From Candidatus Eiseniibacteriota bacterium (GTDB taxonomy: Bacteria > Eisenbacteria > RBG-16-71-46 > SZUA-252), in the NCBI GenBank assembly GCA_963703225.1, contig OY969801.1, positions 1,888,001-1,952,000 of the forward strand: DNA of 64,000 nucleotides. The letters run 5' to 3'. Positions 47,560 through 57,972 of this stretch are shown in pieces; the first letter of the stretch is position 1; every line of letters begins with the position of its first letter. The notes under the pieces are model-generated. The model worked only from the letters and a program-made list of their open reading frames with translations, did no database searches and was not told the origin of the DNA. Position numbers and translations under genes: made by a program.

Positions 47560-49821
47560 TCACTCCCAAACCTCGCGCATGACCTCTTTGAATCGGGGAC
47601 GCGTGCGATGGTATTCCCAGAATGGGAGCCTGCGGGACCAGAGCAGCAGCGGATCGCGCTCGGCCACGGCGCGCTCTGCCCAGCGAATCGCCGGCTCCTC
47701 GAGGTCCGCGCAGCCGGCCGTCACCGAGAGCCAGCAGGGCGACACGAACTCGTGGCGCGAGCGCCCCTCCAACTCGTCATAGCACGCGCGCGCGCGGTCC
47801 GGCTGGCAGGCCCGACCGTACGTCCAGGCCAGCAGGCCGAGCGCCCAGTGGTGGCGGCCCGAATCCCCCAGCAAGGACGGCGCCTCCTCGATGGCGAGGT
47901 CGTAGTGGCCGGCCCACGCGTGGGCGCGCATCAGGTTCCAGCGGGCGAAGAAGGATTCCGCGTCGAGGCCCATGGACCGCTTCGCCTCGACGGCCGATTC
48001 CTCGTGCCTTCCCGCGATTCCAAGAAGGTAGGAGTGCATGCCACCAACCCAGGGGTTGAGCGGATCGTCTTGAACGGCGCGACGAAGCTCGGCGAGGCCC
48101 TCTTCGTCCGGCATCGCGCCGCGGATGACCCTCCACAGCGCCCACTGGGCGCGGGTGGTCGCGTTGCGCGGCTCGAGTTCCAGCGCCCGTCCGTACAGCG
48201 AGTCGGATCGCGGGAAGTTGCGGTCGTATTGCTCCTCCACGGCCGCCAGCGTCGCCCAGGCTTCGACAAGTCCCGGATCGATCGCCAGGGCCCGCTCGGC
48301 GAGGACCTTCGATTTCGACATGACCTCGGCGAACGGGGCGACGCCGAAGGTGCCCATCAGCCGGTAGGAATCGGACAGCGACGCCAGGGGCTCCGCGTAC
48401 TTAGGATCGATTGCGATCGCCTTCTCGAAGAGGGTGACCGCCTGCAGCATGAACCGGCCCCGCTTGATCAGCAGCGCGCGGCCCCGTAGCAACAACTCGT
48501 ACGCCTCGAGGTTCTTGGTGCCGCCGCGCGCGCGGCTTCGGTCCGCTTCGGCATGCATCGTCCCGCGAAGCCGTGTGGCGATGGCGCCTGCGATCTCGTC
48601 CTGCACCGCGAAGACGTCCGTCATCTCGCGATCGTAGCGCTCCGACCAGAGCTGGTAGCCGTCGGCGGCGTTGGCGAGCTGCACGGTGATCCGCAGGCGC
48701 GGCCCCGCCCGGCGAACGGTCCCTTCCAGCACGGTGGTCACGTCGAGCTTCTCGCCGATCGCACGCAGGTCCTCCCTCCGGCCCTTGAACGCGAAGCACG
48801 AGGCGCGGGCAGCAACCCGCAGGCCTTCGACCTGGGCGAGCGCATTCAGGATTTCGTCGGTGACGCCGTCGGCGAAGTATTCGTCGTCGGCCCCGCTCAG
48901 GTTCTCGAACGGCAGCACGGCGATCGACTTCTCTCGGCCCGCGGCGGCCTTTCCTCCACCCGAGGAGACGTCGGCCAGCTCCAGCCGCACGTCGCGAATG
49001 TCGCGCGGCCGCTCGTCCGCGTTCTTGCGCAGGCAGCGTCGTAGGATCTCGCGGATCCTCGGCGGCGTGCCCACCGGCAGCGCCGACCAGTCGGGCTCGC
49101 GCTCGAGGATTCGCGCGATCAGATCGGACGCGGTCTCACCGGCAAACGCCGGACTCCCGGTGAAGCACTCGAAGAGCACACAGCCGAACGACCACACGTC
49201 GCTCCGCCGATCCACCGGCTTGCCGCGCGCCTGTTCGGGGCTCATGTAGGCCGCGGTGCCGAGAATGACCCCGGCGGCCGTCGCGGCGGGCTGCTTGGAG
49301 AGCGTTGGCGAATCGGAGAGCATGGCGCCGCTCGCCGGCCCCGGATCGCTCTTCGCGAGCCCAAAGTCGAGCACCTTCGCCATCCCGGACTGATTGATCA
49401 TCACGTTGCCGGGCTTGAGATCGCGATGGACGATGCCGCGCTCGTGGGCAGCCTCAATCGCGCCCGCGATCTGAATGCCGAGCGCCAACGCCTCGCTCTG
49501 CGGCAACGCTCCGCGTGCCAGGCGCGCTGCGAGCGTCTCGCCTTCGACAAGCTCGAGGACGAGATGCGGCGCGCCTACGGACTCCTCGAGCCCGTAGATC
49601 GCCGCGATGTTCGGATGGTTCAGGGACGCGAGCGTCTGAGCCTCGCGCCGGAAGCGGGTCAGCCGTTCCGGGTCGGCGGCGAACGCGGGTGGGAGCGCCT
49701 TGATCGCGACATCGCGTCCGAGCCGCGTGTCGCGCGCGCGGTAGACCTCGCCCATACCTCCGGCGCCGAGAGGTCCGATGATTTCGTAGGGTCCGAGCCG
49801 GGTGCCGGGGGTGAGTCCCAT
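47560..49821 (-). CDS. Ser/Thr protein kinase + TolB-like + TPR
   Basis: [43 protein letters not shown]. Confidence 0.93.
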   Translation of the reverse strand: MGLTPGTRLGPYEIIGPLGAGGMGEVYRARDTRLGRDVAIKALPPAFAADPERLTRFRREAQTLASLNHPNIAAIYGLEESVGAPHLVLELVEGETLAARLARGALPQSEALALGIQIAGAIEAAHERGIVHRDLKPGNVMINQSGMAKVLDFGLAKSDPGPASGAMLSDSPTLSKQPAATAAGVILGTAAYMSPEQARGKPVDRRSDVWSFGCVLFECFTGSPAFAGETASDLIARILEREPDWSALPVGTPPRIREILRRCLRKNADERPRDIRDVRLELADVSSGGGKAAAGREKSIAVLPFENLSGADDEYFADGVTDEILNALAQVEGLRVAARASCFAFKGRREDLRAIGEKLDVTTVLEGTVRRAGPRLRITVQLANAADGYQLWSERYDREMTDVFAVQDEIAGAIATRLRGTMHAEADRSRARGGTKNLEAYELLLRGRALLIKRGRFMLQAVTLFEKAIAIDPKYAEPLASLSDSYRLMGTFGVAPFAEVMSKSKVLAERALAIDPGLVEAWATLAAVEEQYDRNFPRSDSLYGRALELEPRNATTRAQWALWRVIRGAMPDEEGLAELRRAVQDDPLNPWVGGMHSYLLGIAGRHEESAVEAKRSMGLDAESFFARWNLMRAHAWAGHYDLAIEEAPSLLGDSGRHHWALGLLAWTYGRACQPDRARACYDELEGRSRHEFVSPCWLSVTAGCADLEEPAIRWAERAVAERDPLLLWSRRLPFWEYHRTRPRFKEVMREVWE

Positions 49822-49834
49822 GGGGCGCCGCCCG

Positions 49835-50314
49835 CTACTTAGCAGGCGGGGGCGCGGCCACCGTCATGCCATGGCGCCGGAAGACGTCCATCATCTTCGC
49901 CCGGTCGGGCGGGCCGCCGCCAGCGGCGCCGATCACTTCGGCCGCTTCGCGGAAGTACGCGGGACCCATGATCGCAGGGGTTATGACGGCGAGCTGTTTC
50001 ACGTCCTCGCTGCCGAGGTTGTCGAAACGGTGAGCCGCTCCTCGTGGGATGCACAGCGTTTGCCCGGGACCAACCTCGATGGGCGTGCCGTCAACCGTCC
50101 AGGTGAGGATGCCCTCGATACCGTAGAGGATCTCCTCGTAGGCATCGTTCTTGTGGGCCGGCGCCGCCAGCTTCTGTCCGGCGGGGACGAGGACCTCGAA
50201 CACCGACACGCTGCCGTTGGAATCGTCGCCCGTGAGGAGGAACCGGATCCCTAGCGGACCGATCTTGATGGTTTCTTCCGAAGGATTGACCCTGGTCGTA
50301 CCCTGCTGCACCAT
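49835..50314 (-). CDS. Cupin domain protein
   Basis: AHKNDAYEEILYGIEG..IPRGAAHRF; RBS GGAGAGGG. Confidence 0.85.
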   Translation of the reverse strand: MVQQGTTRVNPSEETIKIGPLGIRFLLTGDDSNGSVSVFEVLVPAGQKLAAPAHKNDAYEEILYGIEGILTWTVDGTPIEVGPGQTLCIPRGAAHRFDNLGSEDVKQLAVITPAIMGPAYFREAAEVIGAAGGGPPDRAKMMDVFRRHGMTVAAPPPAK

Positions 50315-50394
50315 CGCACCCCCTCTCCATGCTAGAGGACCAGCTCTTTTCTGAGAAAGGTCACCGTCCGCTCCCACGCGTCTCCTGGGGTTGT

Positions 50395-50568
50395 CTACTT
50401 GCGAAGGAACGCGCCCATGTAATACGGCCAAATGATCAACGCGAGGGCACCTTTCCAGAATGCGAGCCGGAGAAATCCTATCGTGAACAGCCAACCGATA
50501 ATCCACACGGATCCTGAGATCGTGCTGTGGCCAACCGACCTGCAGGTCACCTTTACCTCGTCCGGCAT
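50395..50568 (-). CDS. Small membrane protein (57 aa)
   Basis: RBS AGGAGG; WIIGWLFTIGFL..FWKGALALIIWPYY. Confidence 0.7.
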   Translation of the reverse strand: MPDEVKVTCRSVGHSTISGSVWIIGWLFTIGFLRLAFWKGALALIIWPYYMGAFLRK

Positions 50569-50879
50569 GTTCCCCACCTCCTGTCTAGGGTAATCCGCCA
50601 GCTTCGGAGATGCTCCGCGCGCGAGCCGCGCTCGCGAAATGACGCGATGTCCGCCTCAGAGCCGACCGCGCACACCGTCGCCCGCGTTTGCGAGAAACCA
50701 ACGCGCTTGAACGTCCAGGAGCCATCCGCGCTCTCCCCGGTCGCGAACGAGCCGAATCCGCTCCTAAATTGCAGCGTCGCGACGGCCTCGTCGCCCGCTT
50801 TCAGCTCAAACCACTTCTTGAATGTGCTGGGCTGCGTCCACTTCAGCGGCAGATCCGAAACGTTGGATATTGTTCGCAC
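50553..50879 (-). pseudogene. Hypothetical protein, probably 3'-truncated
   Basis: GTG with GGGGGA RBS; LKWTQP..FELKAGDE..WTFKRVGF, then low-quality tail. Confidence 0.4.
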
Positions 50880-50978
50880 GCGCAATCGGTTCCCCCAAAC
50901 GCCGTGCAGCCGCCCCGACACCCGGGACGGCCGCCGCTTCGGGCCTTTTTGCCCTGCATTACTGCGAGAAGTTGACGC

Positions 50979-53237
50979 CTATCGGTGCCGCCCTCCACCG
51001 CCCCCGCCACGATAGCCGCCTTGCCCGCCACGATACCCGCCCCCACCACCGTAGCTCCGGCCGTAACTCCGGCCCCCCTGCGTCCCTCGATACCGGGAGA
51101 CATCACCTCGCGGCTGTGACTGGTACCCGCGGGACTCCCCTCCCCGGTAGCTGGACCGCGAGCGGTCATACGTCCGGTACCCTGGACTTCCGTTCGAGCG
51201 CGACCAGGCACCGCGATCTCGATATCGGGAATTCCCCTGTTGATAGGACCTGTTGTAACGATATCCGTTCGGAGCCGCGTAACGACTCCCGTTAGGAGCT
51301 ACGGAGCGGCTTCTGCTCGGAGACGCGTAACGACTCCCGCTCCGGGACGCGACCTGCTTTCCGCTCGCGCCGTCGTATGTGGTGCTCTTGCGATACCGTG
51401 TCGCCTCCCGATCGTAGATGCTGGCGGGGTGCCCGGCTGTCGTCCTCGTGCGGGTGTTTCCGTAGTTCGCGTAGTACGGGTTGTGCGAGGTGGAACGATA
51501 GACGGGATAGTACCCTCCTGGCCCATACCATCCACCGCAGTAGCCGTAGCCGCCGTAGTAGCCGTATCCACCGTAGTATCCGCCCCCGTAGTAGGGCCAG
51601 CCGTAGTATCCGCCACCCCAGGTCAGGCCGCAGTTCGCAAACCCGGTGCCGAAACCAAAGCTGAACCCCCAACCCGCGTAGGGCGCGTACGTCACGCCAA
51701 GACCCCACGTCCAGGGGTACGCGTAGTACGCCGGCCCGTACCATGGGTTGTAGCAGTATCCGGTCCCGTAGTAGACGGAACCCCCATAGGGATAGCAGCC
51801 CAAGTAGCCGGGCGTGTAGCCAACGTAGACCGACGTGGGAGTGGAGTCGTAAACGTAGACATACTTCGCGTTGTAGTTGGGATTGTCGGGAGGAATTGCC
51901 TCCAAACCTTCCGGTCGCTTGTCGCAAACAGCCCAGGGACCGTCGGGGCCGTCCGAGACGTACCAGACCGCCTTGTCGCAGGCGTAGTACTTCCCGTCAA
52001 CCTTGAACACGGACGTCGAAGTATTGATCGCGTATTCGATGTCCGTTCCCTTGATCTTCCGGAACTCGGGATCTTCGTCGTACCAGACCTCGAAGTCGCT
52101 GTTCCCCCGCGGCACCGCCGCGACCTGCGGCACCTGTGCCGCGAGAACGGCTTCCTCGGCCTGCGGCGTGCCCGGGATGCTCGCGAGGACGCCCGCGAAC
52201 TTCGATCCGCTTGGAATGCCAGCGAAGCTCGCCGGCAACTTGTCGGACGGGACGTAGCTCCATGGTCCGCTGGTCTTCGCGCTCGCGAACCATCGGCCGG
52301 ACAAGAGCACGTAGTAGTTCTGGGACGCGATGTCCTTGAAGACGTCCTTGTCGGAGTTCGTGACGTAGAGGAGATCCGCCTTGGCAACGGGCATGAATTC
52401 GGGCTCGCCCTGGAAGACGATGAGCTCGGTCGGCTGCGTTGCCACGACTACTTTGGGCGGAGGGCCCGCTGGGGCCGATTGGGACAGCGCCGAAGCGCTC
52501 GTTTCCAAGGGTTTCATTGCGAGTACGTTCGAGGGCGGATCCGCGATCACGGTCCAGGGACCCATCGGATCCTTGGCCTCGTACCAATACCGGTCGCTCC
52601 CCAAGTAGTAGTTCTTCCGCGCGGGGTCATAAACGACGAAATAGGGAGTGTTCACGATCCGTGTCAGATCCGAATCGTCGATCGGCCGGAGCTGCGGTTC
52701 ACCGTCGAACTGGATGAGCACGGCAGGCTCCGTCGAAACGACGATGGCCGGTGGATTGCTGTTGATCTTCGCGCTCGCGGCCTGCTCTGCCTTTGTAGCC
52801 TGAAGCGCGTCGTTCATCCAATCCATCGACCAGGAGAGGCCAGATGCGGGCAACTCCTTCTCCACGATGGTCGCGAAGCTCTTTTCCATTTCGGCCGAGC
52901 GGTCAGGAAATTTGGCGGTAGTCACGGTGATGGAGACGAGCTTTGCCGTGCGGGCGGCCGCGTCGATCGTCACGGTCGCGGTGAACCAGAACACGCCAAA
53001 GATCGGATCCGATTCGGCGGCCGGCCGAACCGAACAGGCAGCGTTGCCGCTCAGTCGATCCCCCTCGAGCGTCTCCAACTTCGGTTCGTAGATCGATAGC
53101 GTGCTGCCCTTGGAAGTCTTGATTTCGTGCGGCCAAGCGGGGTCGCTGCGGGCAGCTGATGCGGCGGTCAGAATCGAAATCGATGCGAGGAGAGCCGCGA
53201 ATGGGATGCGGCCGCGTACCTTGGCGTCGGGACCCAT
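50979..53237 (-). CDS. Large secreted protein with Gly/Tyr-rich and RGG/YRG low-complexity C-terminus
   Basis: Signal peptide; globular region (YEPKLE, VNTPY, SGRWF, VGYTPGY); tail GGYYGG.. and YRGG repeats. Confidence 0.8.
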   Translation of the reverse strand: MGPDAKVRGRIPFAALLASISILTAASAARSDPAWPHEIKTSKGSTLSIYEPKLETLEGDRLSGNAACSVRPAAESDPIFGVFWFTATVTIDAAARTAKLVSITVTTAKFPDRSAEMEKSFATIVEKELPASGLSWSMDWMNDALQATKAEQAASAKINSNPPAIVVSTEPAVLIQFDGEPQLRPIDDSDLTRIVNTPYFVVYDPARKNYYLGSDRYWYEAKDPMGPWTVIADPPSNVLAMKPLETSASALSQSAPAGPPPKVVVATQPTELIVFQGEPEFMPVAKADLLYVTNSDKDVFKDIASQNYYVLLSGRWFASAKTSGPWSYVPSDKLPASFAGIPSGSKFAGVLASIPGTPQAEEAVLAAQVPQVAAVPRGNSDFEVWYDEDPEFRKIKGTDIEYAINTSTSVFKVDGKYYACDKAVWYVSDGPDGPWAVCDKRPEGLEAIPPDNPNYNAKYVYVYDSTPTSVYVGYTPGYLGCYPYGGSVYYGTGYCYNPWYGPAYYAYPWTWGLGVTYAPYAGWGFSFGFGTGFANCGLTWGGGYYGWPYYGGGYYGGYGYYGGYGYCGGWYGPGGYYPVYRSTSHNPYYANYGNTRTRTTAGHPASIYDREATRYRKSTTYDGASGKQVASRSGSRYASPSRSRSVAPNGSRYAAPNGYRYNRSYQQGNSRYRDRGAWSRSNGSPGYRTYDRSRSSYRGGESRGYQSQPRGDVSRYRGTQGGRSYGRSYGGGGGYRGGQGGYRGGGGGGRHR

Positions 53238-53408
53238 GACCCTCTCACTTCCTGCCGCCCAAGAGTTCCCATGATTGGTGAGCTGTGGCGGCGAGGTTTC
53301 TCTACTACGAGGGTAGTCCGATGCCGTGGAGTGTCAAGCGGTTCCGGCGGGGGGCGCGCCGAGGAGGAACTCCCCCTAAGTCCCGTGATCCCATTGCCGC
53401 GTTGATCC

Positions 53409-54371
53409 CTAACGAGTGGCGTCGAGCGGGATCGAGAACTCCTGGACCGCTTCCCCGCCCTTGGGGTCGGACACTTTGATGGTCACTGGGCGCTCTCCGT
53501 GGCGCTCGGCTTGGGAGGGCAGGGGCCAGACGACCATGCCGCTCTGGTCCAGCGTCATGCCCTCCGGCGCGCTCACCAGGTCGTAGTGAAGCGGGTCGCC
53601 GTCGAGATCAACGGCGACGACCTGATATCGAAATGCGTCATCCGTGGTCCTTGGTGCATGCGGCTGCGACGTGACTTGAGGGGGCCGGTTCTCCAGCGAC
53701 AGCGGCTCCGAGCGGAACGGGGGTGAGCTGGATTGTCCGTCGCTCGCGACGATCTCGACCGCGACGCGATCACCCCGTGCCAGCTGGGTTGCTGCCAGGT
53801 TCGGGCCGTTCGCGTCTTCCAGCGGAGTGCCGTTTCGGAACCATCGATAGTTGTAGGACATGTCGTCCCCGTCAGGGTCCGCCGACTGGACGACTGGCTG
53901 GATGATCGGGCTACCGGAAGGGGCCAGCACTTGAAGCGTGACGCCGGATACCTTGGGCGGGGAGTTCACGACATTGACCGACGCCGCCCATTCCTTCGAG
54001 GCCGCGCCCGTCGAGTCTTCCAGGGACACCGCGACGGAAATCCGCTGACCCCTGGAAAACTGCGTCGGCTCGAGCGAGCTGCCCTGCGCCCCCTGGATGA
54101 CAAGGTCGTTTCGGCGCCACACGTACCGGCACTTTGCGGCATCAATCCATGGATCGTCGAAGACGACGTCGATGCGGGACGACGCGAAAGCCGGGTTTGG
54201 GATCAAGCGCACGCCGGTCGCGGCCGCAGATCCGCCATGGGCCTTGCCGTCACGGCTCGGCGAGCCGGAGCAGCCGGCGACCGTGGACGCTCCGATGAGC
54301 AGGCCCACCCAGGTCCGCATCAGGGCCGATCGCATCCTCGTGACCCCCCAGTCCCGCACGGCTTTCGTCAC
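53409..54371 (-). CDS. Lipoprotein with Ig-like/cadherin-like domains
   Basis: Lipobox VAGC; NSPP, ADPDGD, NRPP, VDLDGD, VSDPKGG. Confidence 0.8.
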   Translation of the reverse strand: MTKAVRDWGVTRMRSALMRTWVGLLIGASTVAGCSGSPSRDGKAHGGSAAATGVRLIPNPAFASSRIDVVFDDPWIDAAKCRYVWRRNDLVIQGAQGSSLEPTQFSRGQRISVAVSLEDSTGAASKEWAASVNVVNSPPKVSGVTLQVLAPSGSPIIQPVVQSADPDGDDMSYNYRWFRNGTPLEDANGPNLAATQLARGDRVAVEIVASDGQSSSPPFRSEPLSLENRPPQVTSQPHAPRTTDDAFRYQVVAVDLDGDPLHYDLVSAPEGMTLDQSGMVVWPLPSQAERHGERPVTIKVSDPKGGEAVQEFSIPLDATR

Positions 54372-54769
54372 ATCGGCGGCGCCGAGTCGCTCACGACGCC
54401 CACGACGGGTTTCGAATCGTCGGTCTCTACGCTCTCAGCGCTCGGCCGAACGACAATTGTCCGAATCAGGTAATTCTTACCATGCCGCTCTCCGGCCACG
54501 TAGATCGAGCGGCCGACAACCATCATGCCGAGCGGAACGGCTCCCTCCCCGATCACGTAGACCGCCGCGTCATCGGCCACAGGATATGTGACGAGATTGA
54601 TCATGAGGGACCCGCTGAGGTAGCCGGTGTATTCGGTCGAGAGGGAGAATGTATCGGTGTGGTGAGGGCCGCGCATCCAACTTCTGAGACCAGCGCCGCT
54701 GGCACCTGCCGGCGACAGCAGAAGCAAGGCGACCGCAGCAACCAGCAACAATCCAGTTCTGCTCTTCAT
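54368..54769 (-). CDS. Secreted hypothetical protein
   Basis: RBS AAGGAG; signal peptide MKSRTGLLLVAAVALLLL. Confidence 0.7.
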   Translation of the reverse strand: MKSRTGLLLVAAVALLLLSPAGASGAGLRSWMRGPHHTDTFSLSTEYTGYLSGSLMINLVTYPVADDAAVYVIGEGAVPLGMMVVGRSIYVAGERHGKNYLIRTIVVRPSAESVETDDSKPVVGVVSDSAPPM

Positions 54770-54780
54770 AAACGCTCCTT

Positions 54781-57486
54781 TCAGTTCCACTTTTGCCGCC
54801 ACGCACGCACGGTGAGCTTCTTCACCGTGGCGTCGATATCCTGCGAGACCATGGACGTGTTGGAGTTCTGCATGATGATGTCCTCGTTCACGATGTCGAT
54901 CGCCGGGTTTGACAGGATCCCGTCGCCCATCGCTTGCGTTCGGCCTGCCGTCGTGTTGTTCTCAGATCCATCGTGCAGATCGGGAGCCGATCCATCTCCA
55001 AAGTCGAGGCTGTAGAGCCACGATTCTCCGCCAGATTCGCAGGCGCCGCTCTTGGGCCGGAACGACGGGAAGTAGAGTGCCCCCGCCGCGAGCGCCGCAG
55101 AGCGCGTGACGCGCTCTCCGGAACTCTGGACGAGGTCGACGTACCAGCCACGGTCGGTGCTGGTCAGCGCCGTGACGCTGCTCGTCTGGTTGACCAGGCT
55201 CGCTCGCGTGAGCGCCGGGCCCGAGTAGGTGTCGACGAGCCCGTAGATGGTCTGGGACGAGGTCGTAAAGAGGTCCGCCTTGGTCAGGTACCTGCCGGTG
55301 CCAAAGTAGACCAATACCCGCCCCTGTGCGTCCATGCTGAGCACCGGCCGGGCCTGGATGGGCTGGGTGTTGCTGAAGAGCTGGGACACGGTCCAAGGAT
55401 CGGTCGTCAGGTCGACGCGCCAGACCCGACCCGCGAGGTCGCCCACATAGAGCAGGTCGTCGAAACCGTCGAAATTCTTGTCGAGCGCGGTGGGGGTCGT
55501 TCCCATGTTGACCGTCGCGGCCGAGCCGAGCGCGAATGTCGAGAGCACCGAGCCGTTGGCTGGATCGAGCACCAGGAGCGACGCCTGTCCGGTCAGTGAG
55601 TCGAGACCGGTGCTCGCGCAGAGGACGAACCCGTTGCGCTTCTTGTCGCGGACGAGCGCCGGCCGATTCCAGGACCCTTTGAGCTGCGGCAGATCCACGT
55701 CCCAGAGTACCTTCATCCCGGCGGCCGACGGGTCGGTCACATCGAGCGCGAATAGTCCGCTGCCTCCCCGTTCCTGTCCGCCGATCAGCACCGTCTTCCA
55801 ATTTCCGCCGATGTTGATGTCGTAGACCGCTGACGTCATGTTGACGAAGTACTCGTGGCAGTACGAAGGGCTCATCAAGTCTTGGAGCTTGCCCAACTGG
55901 TTCTTCGGGACGTAGGCCCACGCCTCGCTCCCGTCGGAAGTATTGAAACAGTGGAGCATGCCGTCGTTGGCGCCCATGTAAAGCACTTCCGTCCGGCCCG
56001 CGTTGGCCGACCGGAAGGAGGGATACGACAGATAGTCGTAGAATGCCGCCGGCTTTCCTACCGCGATGGGTGAGGAATCGACGATATCGCCGAGTTTCCA
56101 ATCGTCTCGGTCGCGGTAGCCCGCGAGGTCGGTGCCCTGCGCGTACTGGATAATCGGAGTAGCCGCGGCGGCATCGGCCGCGCCCAGGAGCGGCGCGAGC
56201 GTGGCCGCGTTCGCGGTCGTGAACGCCAACTTATTCGTCCCGGTCGACGAGGTGTAGATATTCCGGGAACCCGGGCTCCTCGATGCCAGGAGGGACCCTG
56301 CCTCCCAGACCGGCGAGTCGCCCGCGGTGTACGGCAGGTCGAACGCCTCCACGAAGCCCCGCCACGAGACCGACTCGAACCGCGCGCGATAGAGTCGATT
56401 ATTTACTTGGTCTTCGGCGGACACAACCGAGACCGCCGTGCCGGCGGCCACCTTCTTGTCGATGTCGGCGAGCGCCTGTCCCAGGGCGGCAACCAGCTGC
56501 GCGGTATTCTTGACGCTGAACAGGGTTCCGCCCCCCTCGTCGGCTGTGCTCTGCAAGATTGGCGCCGTGATGTTGCATCCCACGACGTAGGTCGTCACGT
56601 TCTGATTGCCGGTCAGGTCGGGGCGCATGTCGTTCTTGTACATGTAGTACGCGACGTCGTCCACGTAGCCCGAACACTCGTAGCTCTCAGGGTATGGCGC
56701 GCCAAGGCTGGCGCAGGTGCCCGGATCCTTGCCGTCGCCGTCGTAATCTTGCAAATAGGCCGGCACGTTTCGGTCCTGCGTCGGATGGCCGTCCGTGATC
56801 AGGATGATGAACGCCTTTTCGCACGACTTCTGGAACGGCGCGCCGGCGCCCGTGCTCTGGAAGTAGGTCATGGCATCCACCATGGTCTCGGCGAGCGGCG
56901 TGTAGTTCTCGGCCAGGATCGCGTTGACCTTAGACTGAAGGGTGGCCACGCTGGTCCCAATCGGGGCCAGAAGCGTTCCCCCGTCATCCTTGTTGAATTT
57001 CATGAGACCGTACGAGGTGTTGGCCCCGGTGGCGAAGACGCTGCTCACAACCTGCTTCGCCATCTGAAGACGTGTAATCCTCGGAATCGCGGCGATCTGG
57101 GCCGCGGTCGCGTTGTAGTAGATCCAGTTCATGTAGTTGCCGGGGTACCAGCCATCGGCGCCCTGGTCGCTGTCGACGAGATAGGCTGTCGGACTAGTCG
57201 CCCAGTTGTTATTGAAGCTCTTCGGCGTGTAGTTGCCGTCGCTTGAGACATAGTACTCATCAGTCGGGTTGAATTTGCCGCTGTACGTCACTTGGTCGTC
57301 GTAATCGTCGTGGTACATCGGCTCGTTCATGCTTCCCGAGCTGTCGAGAATGATCAGCACCTTGGCCTCGCCGACGGTTCGGACGATCGAGAGCGGAACG
57401 TCACAGGCGGCGTGCGCGTTCACCGGCACGAACGCGACCAGCAGGGCCGCGAGGGCCAATCCCAAAATGCGCGGGTTCAGCTGCAT
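54781..57486 (-). CDS. pilY1: PilY1/PilC type IV pilus adhesin with vWA domain
   Basis: ILDSSGSM MIDAS, TPLAE, ITDG; KLGDIVDSSP, GANDGMLH, EAWAYVP, YVGDLAGRVWR, YFGTG, GWYVDL. Confidence 0.9.
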   Translation of the reverse strand: MQLNPRILGLALAALLVAFVPVNAHAACDVPLSIVRTVGEAKVLIILDSSGSMNEPMYHDDYDDQVTYSGKFNPTDEYYVSSDGNYTPKSFNNNWATSPTAYLVDSDQGADGWYPGNYMNWIYYNATAAQIAAIPRITRLQMAKQVVSSVFATGANTSYGLMKFNKDDGGTLLAPIGTSVATLQSKVNAILAENYTPLAETMVDAMTYFQSTGAGAPFQKSCEKAFIILITDGHPTQDRNVPAYLQDYDGDGKDPGTCASLGAPYPESYECSGYVDDVAYYMYKNDMRPDLTGNQNVTTYVVGCNITAPILQSTADEGGGTLFSVKNTAQLVAALGQALADIDKKVAAGTAVSVVSAEDQVNNRLYRARFESVSWRGFVEAFDLPYTAGDSPVWEAGSLLASRSPGSRNIYTSSTGTNKLAFTTANAATLAPLLGAADAAAATPIIQYAQGTDLAGYRDRDDWKLGDIVDSSPIAVGKPAAFYDYLSYPSFRSANAGRTEVLYMGANDGMLHCFNTSDGSEAWAYVPKNQLGKLQDLMSPSYCHEYFVNMTSAVYDINIGGNWKTVLIGGQERGGSGLFALDVTDPSAAGMKVLWDVDLPQLKGSWNRPALVRDKKRNGFVLCASTGLDSLTGQASLLVLDPANGSVLSTFALGSAATVNMGTTPTALDKNFDGFDDLLYVGDLAGRVWRVDLTTDPWTVSQLFSNTQPIQARPVLSMDAQGRVLVYFGTGRYLTKADLFTTSSQTIYGLVDTYSGPALTRASLVNQTSSVTALTSTDRGWYVDLVQSSGERVTRSAALAAGALYFPSFRPKSGACESGGESWLYSLDFGDGSAPDLHDGSENNTTAGRTQAMGDGILSNPAIDIVNEDIIMQNSNTSMVSQDIDATVKKLTVRAWRQKWN

Positions 57487-57487
57487 G

Positions 57488-57937
57488 TCAATAACCCTCC
57501 TTATAGAGCCGCAAGGCACTCACCTCGACGGCCGACTCTGACTGCTGGACGCTTGCTCCATTGGCATCGATGCGATATTCGAAATCTTTGTAGTACTCCG
57601 CGTCCCAGCCTGGACGAAAGTGCTTCCCCACGTACTGCACGTCGAACTTGTAGCTGTGCGTCGGATTTAGGGGAATGTACCCACCGGAAAGGAAGACGTT
57701 CTTCTGCGCGTCCAGGAGCCCCGGAGGGCTAGGCTGCGTCCGGATCCAGTTGATCCCTGCCTCTCCCGCCGCGTCGGCCGAGTAGAACGCGCGACTGCCG
57801 GTGTAGGTCGCCGACTGAGACTTCTTCTCCGAGATGGCGATCGACACGATCACGCCGGCGATCGCGGCCAGCACCACCAAGACGCCGATCGCCAGGATCA
57901 GTGCCGATCCGCGCTCGTCCGCCAATGTATGTTTCAT
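57488..57937 (-). CDS. pilX: PilX-like minor pilin
   Basis: ERGSALILAIGVLVVL..AFYSADAAGEAG; start may be 57976. Confidence 0.8.
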   Translation of the reverse strand: MKHTLADERGSALILAIGVLVVLAAIAGVIVSIAISEKKSQSATYTGSRAFYSADAAGEAGINWIRTQPSPPGLLDAQKNVFLSGGYIPLNPTHSYKFDVQYVGKHFRPGWDAEYYKDFEYRIDANGASVQQSESAVEVSALRLYKEGY

Positions 57938-57972
57938 GGCCCGATTCCTCCGCGTTTCGTCGATGTGAATCA

